Assembly (NCBI RefSeq): GCF_000737315.1
Contig: NZ_JMCB01000004.1
Coordinates: 20,001-268,000 of the forward strand
Reading direction: 5' to 3'
Source of the DNA: Hyalangium minutum
Lineage (GTDB): Bacteria; Myxococcota; Myxococcia; Myxococcales; Myxococcaceae
DNA length: 248,000 bases
Within the stretch, counting starts at the first letter, position 1; the number at the start of each line of letters is the position of its first letter. A program made the translations under genes and the position numbers. Below the pieces are notes generated by a model. The model made no database searches, was not told the DNA's origin, and saw only the letters and a program-made list of their open reading frames with translations. Positions 74,433-84,635 of this stretch are shown here, piece after piece.

Positions 74433-76345
74433 TACCGGGGACTCCGAAGGGTACGGACCCAGTATGCCTCGCTTTGCCCCGAGACGAGACGGAACACCAG
74501 GGTATCCGCTGCGGGCACACGCTGGGAGAAGCGGCCCTTGGCGTCGAGTGCGACAGCCTGGCCGTTGAGGAAGAGCCGCGAGCCCACGGGCACCACGCCC
74601 TCCACCGGCACTTCGCCTTTGCCTCGCTTCTCTCCCGGGCGGGGGCGGCTGAGGGCCAAACCCCGGCGCTCATTGTCGTACACCAGCTCAAGCTTGTTCA
74701 TCCGGCCGCCTGCCAGCTCGTCTCCCCCCGGGCCGAGCGCCGCCACGTACCAGAGATAGCGCCCTTCGGAGAGCGAGCCCGGATCCAACGTGTACTGGGT
74801 CTTGTTCGTCACCCGCTGGAGGATCGGCGTCTTCATGTCCGAGGCTCGGTAAAGACGCAGTTGGTAGGAGCGGGCGCCCTCGCGCGGCGAGAACGTGAAG
74901 TGCAGCGCCGGAGCCGCGCTCTGGAAGAGGACGCGGGCGTTGAGGCCCGTCTCCATCACCTCGGCCTTGGGGCTCTCGGTGGTGAGTGAGGAGCGTCCGC
75001 GATCGGGCTCGAAGCGCGCCGAGCCCTGCGTGCGCACCGCCCCGTCCTCCCCCAGGAAGCGCCAGTGCAGCTCGCCTCGGGCCGGTGGTTCTACGCGCAC
75101 CCAGTCTGCTCCCACGCGCCCCACCAGCAGCGGCTTGCTGAACGAGGGATCCGGAGACACCTCCACCCGCAGGGGTCCTTTCGCGCCGGAAGGAACCTGG
75201 ATCCCCGCCCCAGGCGTCCCGTCCGAGAACACCCGCGTCTTGAGGTCCGCTGGCAGCACGAGCGCCGGGGCGGGCTCGCGCGAAGCCTGCGTCGCCGCCG
75301 CAGCCCGGTTCACCTTCTCTCCGGCTTGGACCACCGTGGACTTCCCATCGGCCAGCAGCTCGGCCTTGCCTGTGAGCACCTGCACGGTGGATCCAGCTTC
75401 GGGCGCGCTCACGGCGATGGTGCTCTGCTCGGAGACCTTGAGCTCCACCGGCCCCCGGCCATCGCTGAGCTTCAGCGTGTGCTTCCCCGCGCCGAACTGG
75501 AGCCGTGCCGAGCCCCGGCTGAGCTGCAGCGCGTAGGTCCGCTGCTCGCCCTCGCGCGACGCCTCCTGGAACGTCCCTGCCGAGTCTCCCGCGAGGTTCA
75601 CCTGCAAGTCGTTGGAGACCAGCCGGGCGCTGGACTTCGCGGGAATCTCGAACGCCGAGCCGGGACCCAGCTCCTGGGACTGCTCCGGGCCGAGTTCCGT
75701 GAAGGCGGACTCCTGCGCGCCCTTGACGCGGGCCTTGCCGTCCTGAGGCTCCAGCTTGAAGACGATCAGCTCCGCGCGCACCACTGGCACAGGGACCTGT
75801 TTCGGCTCGCGCACGTCGAACACGATCTCCTTGCCCACCACCATTGGCACCGACTGCCCATCCGTGTCGATGACGCGGATGTCGCCGAACTGGACCGTCA
75901 GCTTGGGCTGTGGGGCCCGGAGGTCGAACACGATGGTGGATGCGGTGACCATCTCCGCCCGGCCGAAGGAACCCGTGACGGTGAGCCCTCCGCCGCCCTC
76001 CTTGGGAGCGCTGGAGACGACGCGGCCCGCTTGGACTTCCACCGTGAGCGCCCCAGGGCCGCCGTTGATGCGGAAGCGGCTGTTCTCGCCCACGTCCAGC
76101 TCGGCGCCGTTGATGTACCGCACGCGCGCGGTGCTGCCCTGGCTCGTGACGATCGTCTCGCCGGGGTACAGGGGCTCGTTCGCCTGGGCGGGCCGAGCCG
76201 CCGCGTCCTGCTGCACCGTCACCTGTCCCTGCACCTGGGTGAGCGTCGCGATCTGCGGCGCAGAGGGCGGGGTGGGCTTCTTGTCACACCCCTCGCATCC
76301 CCAGAGGAGCAGGAGCAGCGGAAGCGTGAGGGAGAGGGCTCGCAA
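74432..76345 (-). CDS. FecR-domain lipoprotein with C-terminal Ig-like domains
   Basis: Lipobox LWGC; two FecR-like regions. Confidence 0.7.
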   Translation of the reverse strand: MRALSLTLPLLLLLWGCEGCDKKPTPPSAPQIATLTQVQGQVTVQQDAAARPAQANEPLYPGETIVTSQGSTARVRYINGAELDVGENSRFRINGGPGALTVEVQAGRVVSSAPKEGGGGLTVTGSFGRAEMVTASTIVFDLRAPQPKLTVQFGDIRVIDTDGQSVPMVVGKEIVFDVREPKQVPVPVVRAELIVFKLEPQDGKARVKGAQESAFTELGPEQSQELGPGSAFEIPAKSSARLVSNDLQVNLAGDSAGTFQEASREGEQRTYALQLSRGSARLQFGAGKHTLKLSDGRGPVELKVSEQSTIAVSAPEAGSTVQVLTGKAELLADGKSTVVQAGEKVNRAAAATQASREPAPALVLPADLKTRVFSDGTPGAGIQVPSGAKGPLRVEVSPDPSFSKPLLVGRVGADWVRVEPPARGELHWRFLGEDGAVRTQGSARFEPDRGRSSLTTESPKAEVMETGLNARVLFQSAAPALHFTFSPREGARSYQLRLYRASDMKTPILQRVTNKTQYTLDPGSLSEGRYLWYVAALGPGGDELAGGRMNKLELVYDNERRGLALSRPRPGEKRGKGEVPVEGVVPVGSRLFLNGQAVALDAKGRFSQRVPAADTLVFRLVSGQSEAYWVRTLRSPR

Positions 76346-76348
76346 GGA

Positions 76349-77179
76349 TCAATTCTCCTGCGGTGACAGGTCCACGTAGAACAGCGCCTGGTCTCCAGCG
76401 CCCACGTCCACGGTCTTGGCCTGCGAGAGATAGCCAGGGGCCTCGAAGGTGACGCGGTAGCGTCCGGCCGGCAAGCGCAGCTCGAAGTCCCCCGAGGGCT
76501 TGGTGCGCGCCTTGAGCTTCGCCTCGGGGATGCGGAGGGTGGCCGAGACAGGACGCCCCAGCGTGGAGCGGACGCGCCCACGCATCCACGCGCGGATCTC
76601 CTCGCCCTTCTGCATGAGGACCTCGACCGACGTCTCCCCATGCGACGGGACGACCACCAGCTCTTCTTTGGGTCGCACGCCTCCGCCCGCAAGCTTCAGC
76701 GCGACGGGACCCGGCCCGGCCTCCGGCACCACGAAGAGGCCCGTCGAGTCGCTCTTGGCCACCACGCGCTCGCCGATCATCACCTCGACCTCTGGGACAG
76801 GGACCTTCGTGCCATCGCGGCCCTCCTCGCGCAGGACGCGGCCCTTCACCACTCCAGGGCCGGGGATGCGCTCGAGCGGCAGGAACACACTGGCCTGTCC
76901 ACCGGCGGGCAGCACCACCTGGCGCTCCACCTGCTGATAGCCCTCCGCCGAGGCGCGCACGGCCACGGGCCCGGAGGCCAGTCCGTCCATGCGGAACGCA
77001 CCGCTGGCGTCGGCCCTGGCGTCCTTGCCGCCCACCTGGACGCGCGGGCTCTTCAGCGGGAGCGAGGCCTGCGGACGCAGGGTGATCCACACCGTCCCTG
77101 TCTCCTCGGCCGCGGGAGGATCGGCCAGCGCCACGCTGCTCAGCAGCAGGAGCACTCCTATCGTCAGGCACCGGGTCAT
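76349..77179 (-). CDS. Carboxypeptidase-regulatory-like repeat protein
   Basis: Signal peptide; three Ig-like repeats (SAEGYQ, EAPGYL). Confidence 0.75.
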   Translation of the reverse strand: MTRCLTIGVLLLLSSVALADPPAAEETGTVWITLRPQASLPLKSPRVQVGGKDARADASGAFRMDGLASGPVAVRASAEGYQQVERQVVLPAGGQASVFLPLERIPGPGVVKGRVLREEGRDGTKVPVPEVEVMIGERVVAKSDSTGLFVVPEAGPGPVALKLAGGGVRPKEELVVVPSHGETSVEVLMQKGEEIRAWMRGRVRSTLGRPVSATLRIPEAKLKARTKPSGDFELRLPAGRYRVTFEAPGYLSQAKTVDVGAGDQALFYVDLSPQEN

Positions 77180-78624
77180 GGCGACGGGCCCCCGCCGAAC
77201 ACGAACTGGTACCCGGCCGCCAGGGTCAGGCCGCCCAGGTTCCCGCTCACGCTGTTGCGCCCAGGTGCATAGGTCCACTCGAGCTGGCCACAGAGGCGGC
77301 CAGGGCCCACGCTCCACGCGGCGCCGCCTCCCACGGACATGGCGGGCCCCACCGAGCGGAGCTCCTCCTTCACCGACTCGCTTCCCGGGAACTGAAACTC
77401 CACCGGGCCGCTCGCGGCCAGCAAGCCCACGGACGCGTCCGCGAAGAGCACCCCGCGCGTCAGGAACGGATGACTCCACCGCCCGCCCGCCCGGATGCCC
77501 AGGCCACCGAGGGTGAACGTCTTCGTCACGGTGTCGCCGCTGGAGGTGGTTCGCTCCTCGGTCACCTCTTTGTTCTTCTTGAGCTCCACCAGCACCAGCG
77601 CCTCCCACGGCCGCTGCGCCAGCCTCAGCGCTCCCTCCACCCGGAGGCCCGCGCCGTTCGCGCGCGCGGTGTTGCTCTGGCCGAACAAGAAGAAGCCTGC
77701 GGTGCGCTGCCACGGTGTCCACGGAGAGCCCGAGGCCAGAGGCCCTGTGCCGGCGCCACCCGGCTGACCGTTTCCGGTGCCAGGTCTCCCCGCCGAGGCC
77801 ACGGGCGCCGCCACCGGCTCGAGCGGCAGCGTGAAGGCGCGCTCCGTCTCCTCGATGGGCGCGGCGGAGATGTGCACCGGAGCGCCCGGCGCCGGGGCGG
77901 TATAGGGCAGCTCGAAGGTGCCGCCCTCCTTCGGCGAGATGGGGCCGAGCGTCCCGCGATCCACGGTGATGGCCAGAGGAGGGATGGCGGCGGCCGGGTT
78001 GCCGCTCTCGTCCACGACGAAGCCCTGCAGCGATACGGGCTTGCCCTGAACGGGCGGATCCAGCGCCACGAGCCGGATGCGGGCGAACGTCGGCTCGGGG
78101 AGGGCCACTGTCTGCGTGCGTGCGCGGCCCGAGCGCTCGGTGGCGGTCACCTCGGCGCTCGTTACCCCAGGCGGCACCTTCACCGGCACGGAGACCTCGC
78201 CGCTGGCCGAGGCCGTGACGGGCCCATAGGAGGCAGCCCCCACGAGGACCTTCACGCGCGAGCGCGGAGCCACGCGGACGCGCAGGAGGTGGTTGCCATG
78301 GACGGGCAGGGCGAGCCACGCCCCGGAGTTGCTGGCGCCGCGTTTCACGGTGGCATGGAACAGGGCCACCTGTGGGCCCTCCTGCCCGGCGGGCTGGTAG
78401 GTGGCGCGAAAGGTGCCGTCCTCGGCGGCGACAGGCTCGGTGACAGATCCTGCGTTGACGGTCAGGGACACCTGGACATCGCGCAGGGGCTTGCCCGTGT
78501 CATCGAGCGCACTGAGCTCGATCCGGGCACTGTCCCCGGAGGTGACGAAGGCCTTGTCGGAACGCAGCGCGACAGCCTGACTCGTGAGGGTCAGGACCAG
78601 GAGAGTGAGGGGCGCTGCTACCAT
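77176..78624 (-). CDS. Secreted Ig/invasin-like protein with barrel-like C-terminus
   Basis: YGP...VPPG segment similar to 46949-48886. Confidence 0.62.
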   Translation of the reverse strand: MVAAPLTLLVLTLTSQAVALRSDKAFVTSGDSARIELSALDDTGKPLRDVQVSLTVNAGSVTEPVAAEDGTFRATYQPAGQEGPQVALFHATVKRGASNSGAWLALPVHGNHLLRVRVAPRSRVKVLVGAASYGPVTASASGEVSVPVKVPPGVTSAEVTATERSGRARTQTVALPEPTFARIRLVALDPPVQGKPVSLQGFVVDESGNPAAAIPPLAITVDRGTLGPISPKEGGTFELPYTAPAPGAPVHISAAPIEETERAFTLPLEPVAAPVASAGRPGTGNGQPGGAGTGPLASGSPWTPWQRTAGFFLFGQSNTARANGAGLRVEGALRLAQRPWEALVLVELKKNKEVTEERTTSSGDTVTKTFTLGGLGIRAGGRWSHPFLTRGVLFADASVGLLAASGPVEFQFPGSESVKEELRSVGPAMSVGGGAAWSVGPGRLCGQLEWTYAPGRNSVSGNLGGLTLAAGYQFVFGGGPSP

Positions 78625-80519
78625 GGTGCCTGGCGGTCAATCCTTTCGCGCTGCCGCAGTCTACGCGAACGCTCCCAGGGGCGCGACGCCGCGAGGAGGA
78701 GAACGAGCCAGCTCACGAGGTGGCCCGGCAGCGTGGCAGGCTGGCTGCCGCACCCGACGTTCACGTCCCTGTCTCCCACGTGGAGGGTGACGCTCTTCTC
78801 CGGAGTGAGCGGGATGCCATTCTCCCGCGTGTACAAGGCCGTGAGACGCATGGACTGGTCCTGCTGCGCCGAGGCCTGGGCGGTGATGCGCACCGTCAGC
78901 GTCTTGCCCGGCTCCAGCGGGAGCTCGGCGGCGTTGTCCTGGAGGGTGAGGGGCGTTCCATCCACCTCGGCTTTGACCTTCGTGAGGCCCTCGGTGGACA
79001 GGTCCAGCACGCCCTGGGGGACGGGCTCCGAGCTCTTGTTCTCGAGCTTCACCTCGAACTCCACCTGGGCGCCCGGCTTCGCCAGCGCGCTGTCCTCCTT
79101 GGAGCGGAGGGAGAGTTCCACGAGGGGATCGCTGCACTTCGGTTGGATGTGCAGCTCGAAGAGCTCACCGAGGATGGGGGTGCCGTCAAAGGCAGGCCGG
79201 ACGACCAGCCGCTGCGAGAGGTCAGCGGGGCAGCCCGCCAGCGCCACCGAGGCCTTCCACACGCCGGGGGACGGCTGGGAGACGGGGCCGACGAACAGCG
79301 GCTGGTCGGCGGTGAAGCTGAACAGCTTCTCCGAGGGCGCCAGCGGCTGGTTGCACGTGTCCTTCAGCTCGAATTGGAGGAGCAGTTGATCGATGTAGGA
79401 GGTGAGCGTGGGCTCCGGGTAGAGCTTCCCCACGTACGAGAGGCTCGAGTGCTGCGGGCTCGGCAGCCGCTTCCAGGTGATGGTGAGATCGCCTACAGGC
79501 TCCCCCTCGTGGAGGACGAAGGGAACGTCCACGTCGTCGGTGCTGATCCACGTCACGGACTGGGCGCTGCCTTGCAGGATCCGGACAGCGCAGTCCGAGT
79601 CGCGGGTGTCTCCTGCCTGGGTGGGGACGAGGCTCACCGCGCTGCCGACGGGCCGGCACAGTCTCACGGTGGCTGGCTCCGGGGAGGGCTGGCCCTGGTC
79701 ATTCACCACCTGCAGGGTGAACGTCGTCGATTCGCACGTCCCCACGAGCTTGCGCGTGGGCACCACCGAGACCTTGGGGTACAGCACCGGGAGGGTGGAG
79801 CTCTGCGCGTTGAGGTTCGCTTGCGCGACATCCTGGATCGTCAGCTGGTAGTTGCCCGGCGCCGGGAACGTGAGGGTGAAGGTCCTCTCTCCGTTGTCCC
79901 GCAGGGGCTCGAAGTTGCTCTCCAGCGGCAGCTCGGGGATGGAGAGGTTGGAGGAGAGGATAAACCGGCCCGCGTACCCGACGGCCTTGTTGTTGAACTC
80001 GTCGTAGGCCTTCACCTTCACCTGGGCGGTGTTCCCGGGGCGCAGCGTGGTGGGCACGGCCGTGAACTCCAGGCGGGCCGTGTAGCCAATCACCACCGAG
80101 ATGGGCCGGGACGCGCCCGGATTGAGGCCCAGCACCCCGTCGGTCGCGATGAGCATCACGCGTCCCAGAGTCGAGGCCTTGTAGTACACCCTCTTTCCGA
80201 TGGAGCCGAAGGGGATGAGGGTCTCGGTGATCGGGGCTTGGAGGCACCCCGGCAGATCGTGGAAGGTGCCCAAGGGCTGGTTTTGACCCAGCGAGACGTT
80301 GACGGCGTACCCCAGGTTGACCCCCATGCCCGCCAAGGTCTGCGTCTGCACGGTGACAGCGATGCACTCGTTCTGCTTGATCTCCAGCGGTGGGCCGTCG
80401 AAGCCCAGCTTCCAATCGGAGAGCGGCAGAAGCTGCGGCGAGGGCGTGGCCGCCACCAGCAGGGGCGCGAGCAGCAGCAGGGTGCGCATGCGGAGCCAGC
80501 GGCTCTGGGGGTGGTTCAT
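78618..80519 (-). CDS. Surface protein with MYXO-CTERM-like anchor
   Basis: Signal peptide; C-terminal VGCG + hydrophobic stretch + Arg-rich tail. Confidence 0.62.
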   Translation of the reverse strand: MNHPQSRWLRMRTLLLLAPLLVAATPSPQLLPLSDWKLGFDGPPLEIKQNECIAVTVQTQTLAGMGVNLGYAVNVSLGQNQPLGTFHDLPGCLQAPITETLIPFGSIGKRVYYKASTLGRVMLIATDGVLGLNPGASRPISVVIGYTARLEFTAVPTTLRPGNTAQVKVKAYDEFNNKAVGYAGRFILSSNLSIPELPLESNFEPLRDNGERTFTLTFPAPGNYQLTIQDVAQANLNAQSSTLPVLYPKVSVVPTRKLVGTCESTTFTLQVVNDQGQPSPEPATVRLCRPVGSAVSLVPTQAGDTRDSDCAVRILQGSAQSVTWISTDDVDVPFVLHEGEPVGDLTITWKRLPSPQHSSLSYVGKLYPEPTLTSYIDQLLLQFELKDTCNQPLAPSEKLFSFTADQPLFVGPVSQPSPGVWKASVALAGCPADLSQRLVVRPAFDGTPILGELFELHIQPKCSDPLVELSLRSKEDSALAKPGAQVEFEVKLENKSSEPVPQGVLDLSTEGLTKVKAEVDGTPLTLQDNAAELPLEPGKTLTVRITAQASAQQDQSMRLTALYTRENGIPLTPEKSVTLHVGDRDVNVGCGSQPATLPGHLVSWLVLLLAASRPWERSRRLRQRERIDRQAPW

Positions 80520-80644
80520 CGTCCCCCGATATTAGAGATGCGTGCACAATTGTTGCAATAATGCGCTGTGGGTGTGGGCGCGGGAGGCCTCGCTCGGTGC
80601 TGGCCGTGGAGGGCCGCAGGGCTTATTGAGACAGGGAGATCCCC

Positions 80645-80848
80645 ATGCCGTCCCCTCAATGTCCCATCTGCCAGAAGCCCGTGGCTCCGCGCGCGGAGAA
80701 CCCTTCCTATCCGTTCTGCTCCCGGAGGTGCCGGGCGGTGGACCTGGGCCGCTGGCTGGGCGAGGAGTACCGCATGCCCGAGCAGCGGGGGGACGAGCGG
80801 GAGGATGAGCTGCCGCCCGACCACCCCGAGCGGGGGAGCGACGCGTGA
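80645..80848 (+). CDS. yacG: DNA gyrase inhibitor YacG
   Basis: CPIC...PFCSRRC..DLGRW. Confidence 0.92.
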   Translation: MPSPQCPICQKPVAPRAENPSYPFCSRRCRAVDLGRWLGEEYRMPEQRGDEREDELPPDHPERGSDA

Positions 80849-81576
80849 GCGGGTGGGTGGATCTGCACTGCCACCTGCTGCCGGGCGTGGATGACGGGGC
80901 GAGGACGTTCGAGGACAGCCTGGAGATGGCGCGGGCGCTGGTGGACCTGGGCTTCTCCACGGTGGCCCCGAGTCCCCACGCGCGGCCCGAGTACGCACCG
81001 GCCGAGCTCGTGGACCAGCGGCGCTCCGAGCTGCGCGCGGCCCTGGCGCGCGAGGGGATTCCGCTGACGCTCGGGCGCAACGCGGAGAACGTGCTGGACG
81101 AGGCCTTCCTTCGGAGCCTGGGCACTCCGGCGGCGCGCATGCTGGGAGAGGGCCGGTACGTGCTGGTGGAGCTGCCGTACACCACGCCCGTGCCAGCGCT
81201 GCTGGACATCCTCTTCCGCATCCGGACCCAGGGGGTGACGCCTGTGCTTGCCCACCCGGAGCGCTGCCTGGAGTTCGAGCGCAAGGGCCGCGCGGCGGAG
81301 GCGGTGCGGTGCGGCGCGCTGCTGCAGCTGGACGTGGGGGCGCTCACCGGGCGCTACGGGGGGACGGCGAAGAAGCTGGCGCGCGAGTTCCTGGAGCAGG
81401 GGCTGTACGGGCTGGGCGCCACGGACCTGCACTCGCCCGTGGGGGCGAGGGATTGGCTGGGCCGGGCGTTCACGGAGCTGCGCGCGAGGGCAGGGGAGCA
81501 GGCCTTCGGCCGCCTCATGAGGGACCACCCTGCACGTCTGCTGGCCGGTGAAGCCCTGGAGTCCGAGGGGGAGTGA
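80845..81576 (+). CDS. PHP-family protein tyrosine phosphatase (CpsB/CapC-like)
   Basis: DLHCHLLPGVDDG, AHPER, TDLH. Confidence 0.9.
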   Translation: MSGWVDLHCHLLPGVDDGARTFEDSLEMARALVDLGFSTVAPSPHARPEYAPAELVDQRRSELRAALAREGIPLTLGRNAENVLDEAFLRSLGTPAARMLGEGRYVLVELPYTTPVPALLDILFRIRTQGVTPVLAHPERCLEFERKGRAAEAVRCGALLQLDVGALTGRYGGTAKKLAREFLEQGLYGLGATDLHSPVGARDWLGRAFTELRARAGEQAFGRLMRDHPARLLAGEALESEGE

Positions 81577-82655
81577 CGGTATACCCGCCCGCTGTGAAGC
81601 GTGCTCTGAAGCTCGTGGCCAGTGTGCTGGTCACCCTGCTGTTTACCTGGTGGGCGTTCCGGGAGACCGACTGGAGGGCCCAGTGGGCCAGCCTGCGCTC
81701 GGCCAACTATCTCTACGTGGTGCCGTACTTCGGCATCCTCACGTTGATCCACATCTGCCGCACGGTGCGGTGGGGGTGCCTGCTGTCGGGCATCCAGAAG
81801 GTGCCGTTCCGGCCGCTCAACGAGGCCTCGGGCATCGGCTTCATGATGTTGCTCGTGCTGCCGTTCCGCCTGGGCGAGTTCGCCCGGCCCTTCCTCATCG
81901 CCCAGCGCAGCTCCATCCGCCGCAGCGCGGCGATGACATCCGTGGTGCTGGAGCGCATCACGGACGGGCTCCTGGTGGCCACGCTGCTGCGCGTGCTGCT
82001 CTTCTTCATCCCCGAGGAGACGGCGCAGGTGCGCTACGTGAAGCTGGGCTCCACGCTGATGTTCGCCGTGTTCGGCGGTGGGCTGGCGTTCCTGCTCTTC
82101 GCACGTTGGCAGCATGACCGCGCGGTGCACCTGGTGCGCATCACGGTGGGGCGGGTGTCGCCAGGACTGGCCCACAAGATGGCGGACGTCGTCGACGGCT
82201 TCGTGGGGGCGATGCGCCAGCTTCCGGGGCCGGGGCAGCTCGCGCTCTTCTTCGCCCTTACCCTGACGTACTGGGGGCTGAACGGCGCGGGCATGGCGCT
82301 GGTGGCGCGGGCCTTCGGCTGCGTGGGCGTCACCGACGCCGCGTGCCAGCCCATGAGCCTGACGCTCTTCCAGGGCTACGTGGTGATGACGGTGCTGGTG
82401 GTGGGGCTGATGATCCCGGCGGCGCCCGGGATGATGGGCACCTTCCAGGCGGCGACCAAGGTGGGCCTCGGCCTCTTCTTGCCCGCCACGGTGGTGAACG
82501 CGAGCGGGCTGGCCTACGCGAACGTGGTGTGGCTGTGCCAGACGGTGCAGCAGGTGGGCTTCGGCCTGCTCCTGCTGTCCCTGGGGCACCTGTCCTTCAA
82601 GGACATCGCCAACAAGCTGGACAAGGAAGGCGAGGCCTCGGCGCCCATGGCGTGA
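81573..82655 (+). CDS. Lysylphosphatidylglycerol synthase TM/flippase-like protein
   Basis: LPFRLGE, ERITDG, multiple TMs. Confidence 0.8.
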   Translation: MTVYPPAVKRALKLVASVLVTLLFTWWAFRETDWRAQWASLRSANYLYVVPYFGILTLIHICRTVRWGCLLSGIQKVPFRPLNEASGIGFMMLLVLPFRLGEFARPFLIAQRSSIRRSAAMTSVVLERITDGLLVATLLRVLLFFIPEETAQVRYVKLGSTLMFAVFGGGLAFLLFARWQHDRAVHLVRITVGRVSPGLAHKMADVVDGFVGAMRQLPGPGQLALFFALTLTYWGLNGAGMALVARAFGCVGVTDAACQPMSLTLFQGYVVMTVLVVGLMIPAAPGMMGTFQAATKVGLGLFLPATVVNASGLAYANVVWLCQTVQQVGFGLLLLSLGHLSFKDIANKLDKEGEASAPMA

Positions 82656-82679
82656 GGCCCGCCGCTTCCGGGCTCGGGA

Positions 82680-82844
82680 CTACAGCTCCTCGTTGAGCCA
82701 GCGGATGATGGCGCCCTTGATGGAGGAGGCGGCCTCCTTGCGTGGCGCGGGCTGCGAGGGACGCGTGTTCTGCAGCTCCCGGAGGAAATCCACGGGCAGC
82801 GCGTCGCGGATGTGGCGCGTGTCCTGCACGGTGGCCGTCGTCAC
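82680..82844 (-). CDS. Small 54-aa protein absent from the ORF track
   Basis: GTGA overlap with upstream gene; ends IKGAIIRWLNEEL. Confidence 0.5.
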   Translation of the reverse strand: MTTATVQDTRHIRDALPVDFLRELQNTRPSQPAPRKEAASSIKGAIIRWLNEEL

Positions 82845-83077
82845 GGCGTGCCCCCGCGGCCGTACTTGGAGAGCAGATCCTCCACCGCCTCGCGGAGGTA
82901 CTCGCTCTGGGCGATGCGCGAGCGCCGGGACAGCTCGCGGAGCTTCTGCACCTGCTCTTCGGCGACGAGGACGTGGGTGGATACGACTTCGGCCTCGGGA
83001 CCGGCGCGGCGCTCGCCGGTGTCGACCGGAGCCGACACGGTGTCGGCGCTCAACGGGCTGATGTTGCCATCCTGCAT
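82841..83077 (-). CDS. Ribbon-helix-helix protein
   Basis: STHVLV...LRELSRRSRIAQSEYLREAVEDLL. Confidence 0.75.
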   Translation of the reverse strand: MQDGNISPLSADTVSAPVDTGERRAGPEAEVVSTHVLVAEEQVQKLRELSRRSRIAQSEYLREAVEDLLSKYGRGGTP

Positions 83078-83157
83078 CGGGGGCCTCCTGCCTGACGGGC
83101 TGCTACAGGCCGCTACTGGCCTGTGGGGAGGCATTAGGAGGTCGCCAGGGCCTTCCG

Positions 83158-84090
83158 TCAAAAAAAGTACCCACGGCTGTGTGCCAGCCACCGCCAACCC
83201 AGCAGCACGGGCACGGCGAGCAGTCCGAGCAGCAGCCCCGTGCGCAGAGGCGTCGAGTGACGCCAGGGGGCGCTCAGGGCGGCGGAGGGGGTGGGCGCGA
83301 GCGGCTGGCTCGAGGCGGGTGCGGCCGGGCGGAGCGGACGCCGGATCAGGGTGCTCAGGAGCCGAGGGCGCGGGGCCGCGCCGTTGACGTAGACCTCGCG
83401 CTTGGGATGGCGGGCGCTCCGGACGATGGCGCGGGCAATGCGATCGGCGGCGTAGAGGGGCTCGAGCGGCTTCACGCGCTTGTGGGTGGCGGAGGCGCCC
83501 TGGTGGAGGAGCGGCGTGGTGAGCGTCGCGGGGAGCACGGTGACGACGCGGACGAGAGCGTCCCGGCCCTCTTGGCGCAGCGTCTCGGAGAGCCCGCGCA
83601 GGGCGTACTTCGAAGTCGCATAGGCGTTCTGGTACGGCGCGCCCAGGGTGCCGAAGACGGAGGAGACATTGATCAGCACGCCGTGGCCCTGCTGGTGGAA
83701 AGTGGGCAGGGCGGCGCGAGCCCCCTGGAGGTAGCCGACGAGGTGCGTCTCGACGCGCTGGCGGAAGGCGTCGGGCGGCGTGTCCTGGAGGCCGACGAAG
83801 AGGGACTCCTCCGCGTTGTTCACCCAGACGTCGATGCGCTGGAAGGCCCCCGCCGCGAGCTGTGCGAGCTCATGCGAGGAGGCCTCGTCCGTGACGTCGG
83901 CGGGGAGCACCAGGGTCCGCGCGCCCAGCCGCTCACATTCGGAGGCCAGCTGGCGCAGCGCGGACTCGCTGCGCGCGGTGAGGACCACGGTGGCGCCCTT
84001 GCGGGCGAACCGAAGCGCCGTGGCTCGGCCAATGGCGCTGGAAGCTCCTGTGATGACGACGACCGACTCGCGCAGTTTTGTGGCGCCCAT
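83158..84090 (-). CDS. SDR family oxidoreductase
   Basis: TGASSAIG, NNA, YATSK. Confidence 0.85.
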   Translation of the reverse strand: MGATKLRESVVVITGASSAIGRATALRFARKGATVVLTARSESALRQLASECERLGARTLVLPADVTDEASSHELAQLAAGAFQRIDVWVNNAEESLFVGLQDTPPDAFRQRVETHLVGYLQGARAALPTFHQQGHGVLINVSSVFGTLGAPYQNAYATSKYALRGLSETLRQEGRDALVRVVTVLPATLTTPLLHQGASATHKRVKPLEPLYAADRIARAIVRSARHPKREVYVNGAAPRPRLLSTLIRRPLRPAAPASSQPLAPTPSAALSAPWRHSTPLRTGLLLGLLAVPVLLGWRWLAHSRGYFF

Positions 84091-84192
84091 ACCCCTCCCG
84101 TGCTTGGCCTCCTCAAAATGGCCCTCTCCGCGGGTTCAGCGAGGCAGGAGGGGTGGAATGAGGGCTCTCCCGGTGCCCTGGAGGGCAGCCGG

Positions 84193-84423
84193 TCAAGCGA
84201 TGATGTCCGGCTTGCCGGGGGGCTGGTCGGGGACCGGCGGATCCTGAATCCCAGGAACGGGCTTGCCCGGCTCGGGCCCCCGAGGCGGCGGATCCTTCTC
84301 TGGAGGCTGTTTGGCGGGAGGGTCTCCTTCGGGTGCTTTCTCGGGAGGAGGCTCTCGCTGAGGAACTTCGGGGATGGGCTCCTTCACGGGCGCTTTCGGC
84401 GGTGGCGGAATCTCGACAGGCAT
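84193..84423 (-). CDS. Small Pro-rich hypothetical protein
   Basis: Repeated PP.K units; GC3-rich frame. Confidence 0.45.
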   Translation of the reverse strand: MPVEIPPPPKAPVKEPIPEVPQREPPPEKAPEGDPPAKQPPEKDPPPRGPEPGKPVPGIQDPPVPDQPPGKPDIIA

Positions 84424-84635
84424 GGTCCCTCATCAGCACGGGCGAGCGCTCGGGCGTGAGGCCCACGCCTCGCCCTGGGTTCGAGCCTTCAAGGTGTCCA
84501 TCCCGCGAGGCCGGTGCAGTGGGACTGTCGCCGGGTCAACGCGAGGCAGACGGTGAAGGAGTTCCTTGCTCGGTTGCTGCTCAGGGGCAGCGTCGCCTTC
84601 ACGTTGAGGAGGCGAACACAAAGGGAGGCCAGGTG

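Noticed and set aside
82841-83077. RHH protein as CdbA/CdbB
   Set aside because: The true TIGR04563 pair is at 152525-152973; this protein lacks the RKQSLYFPE motif.
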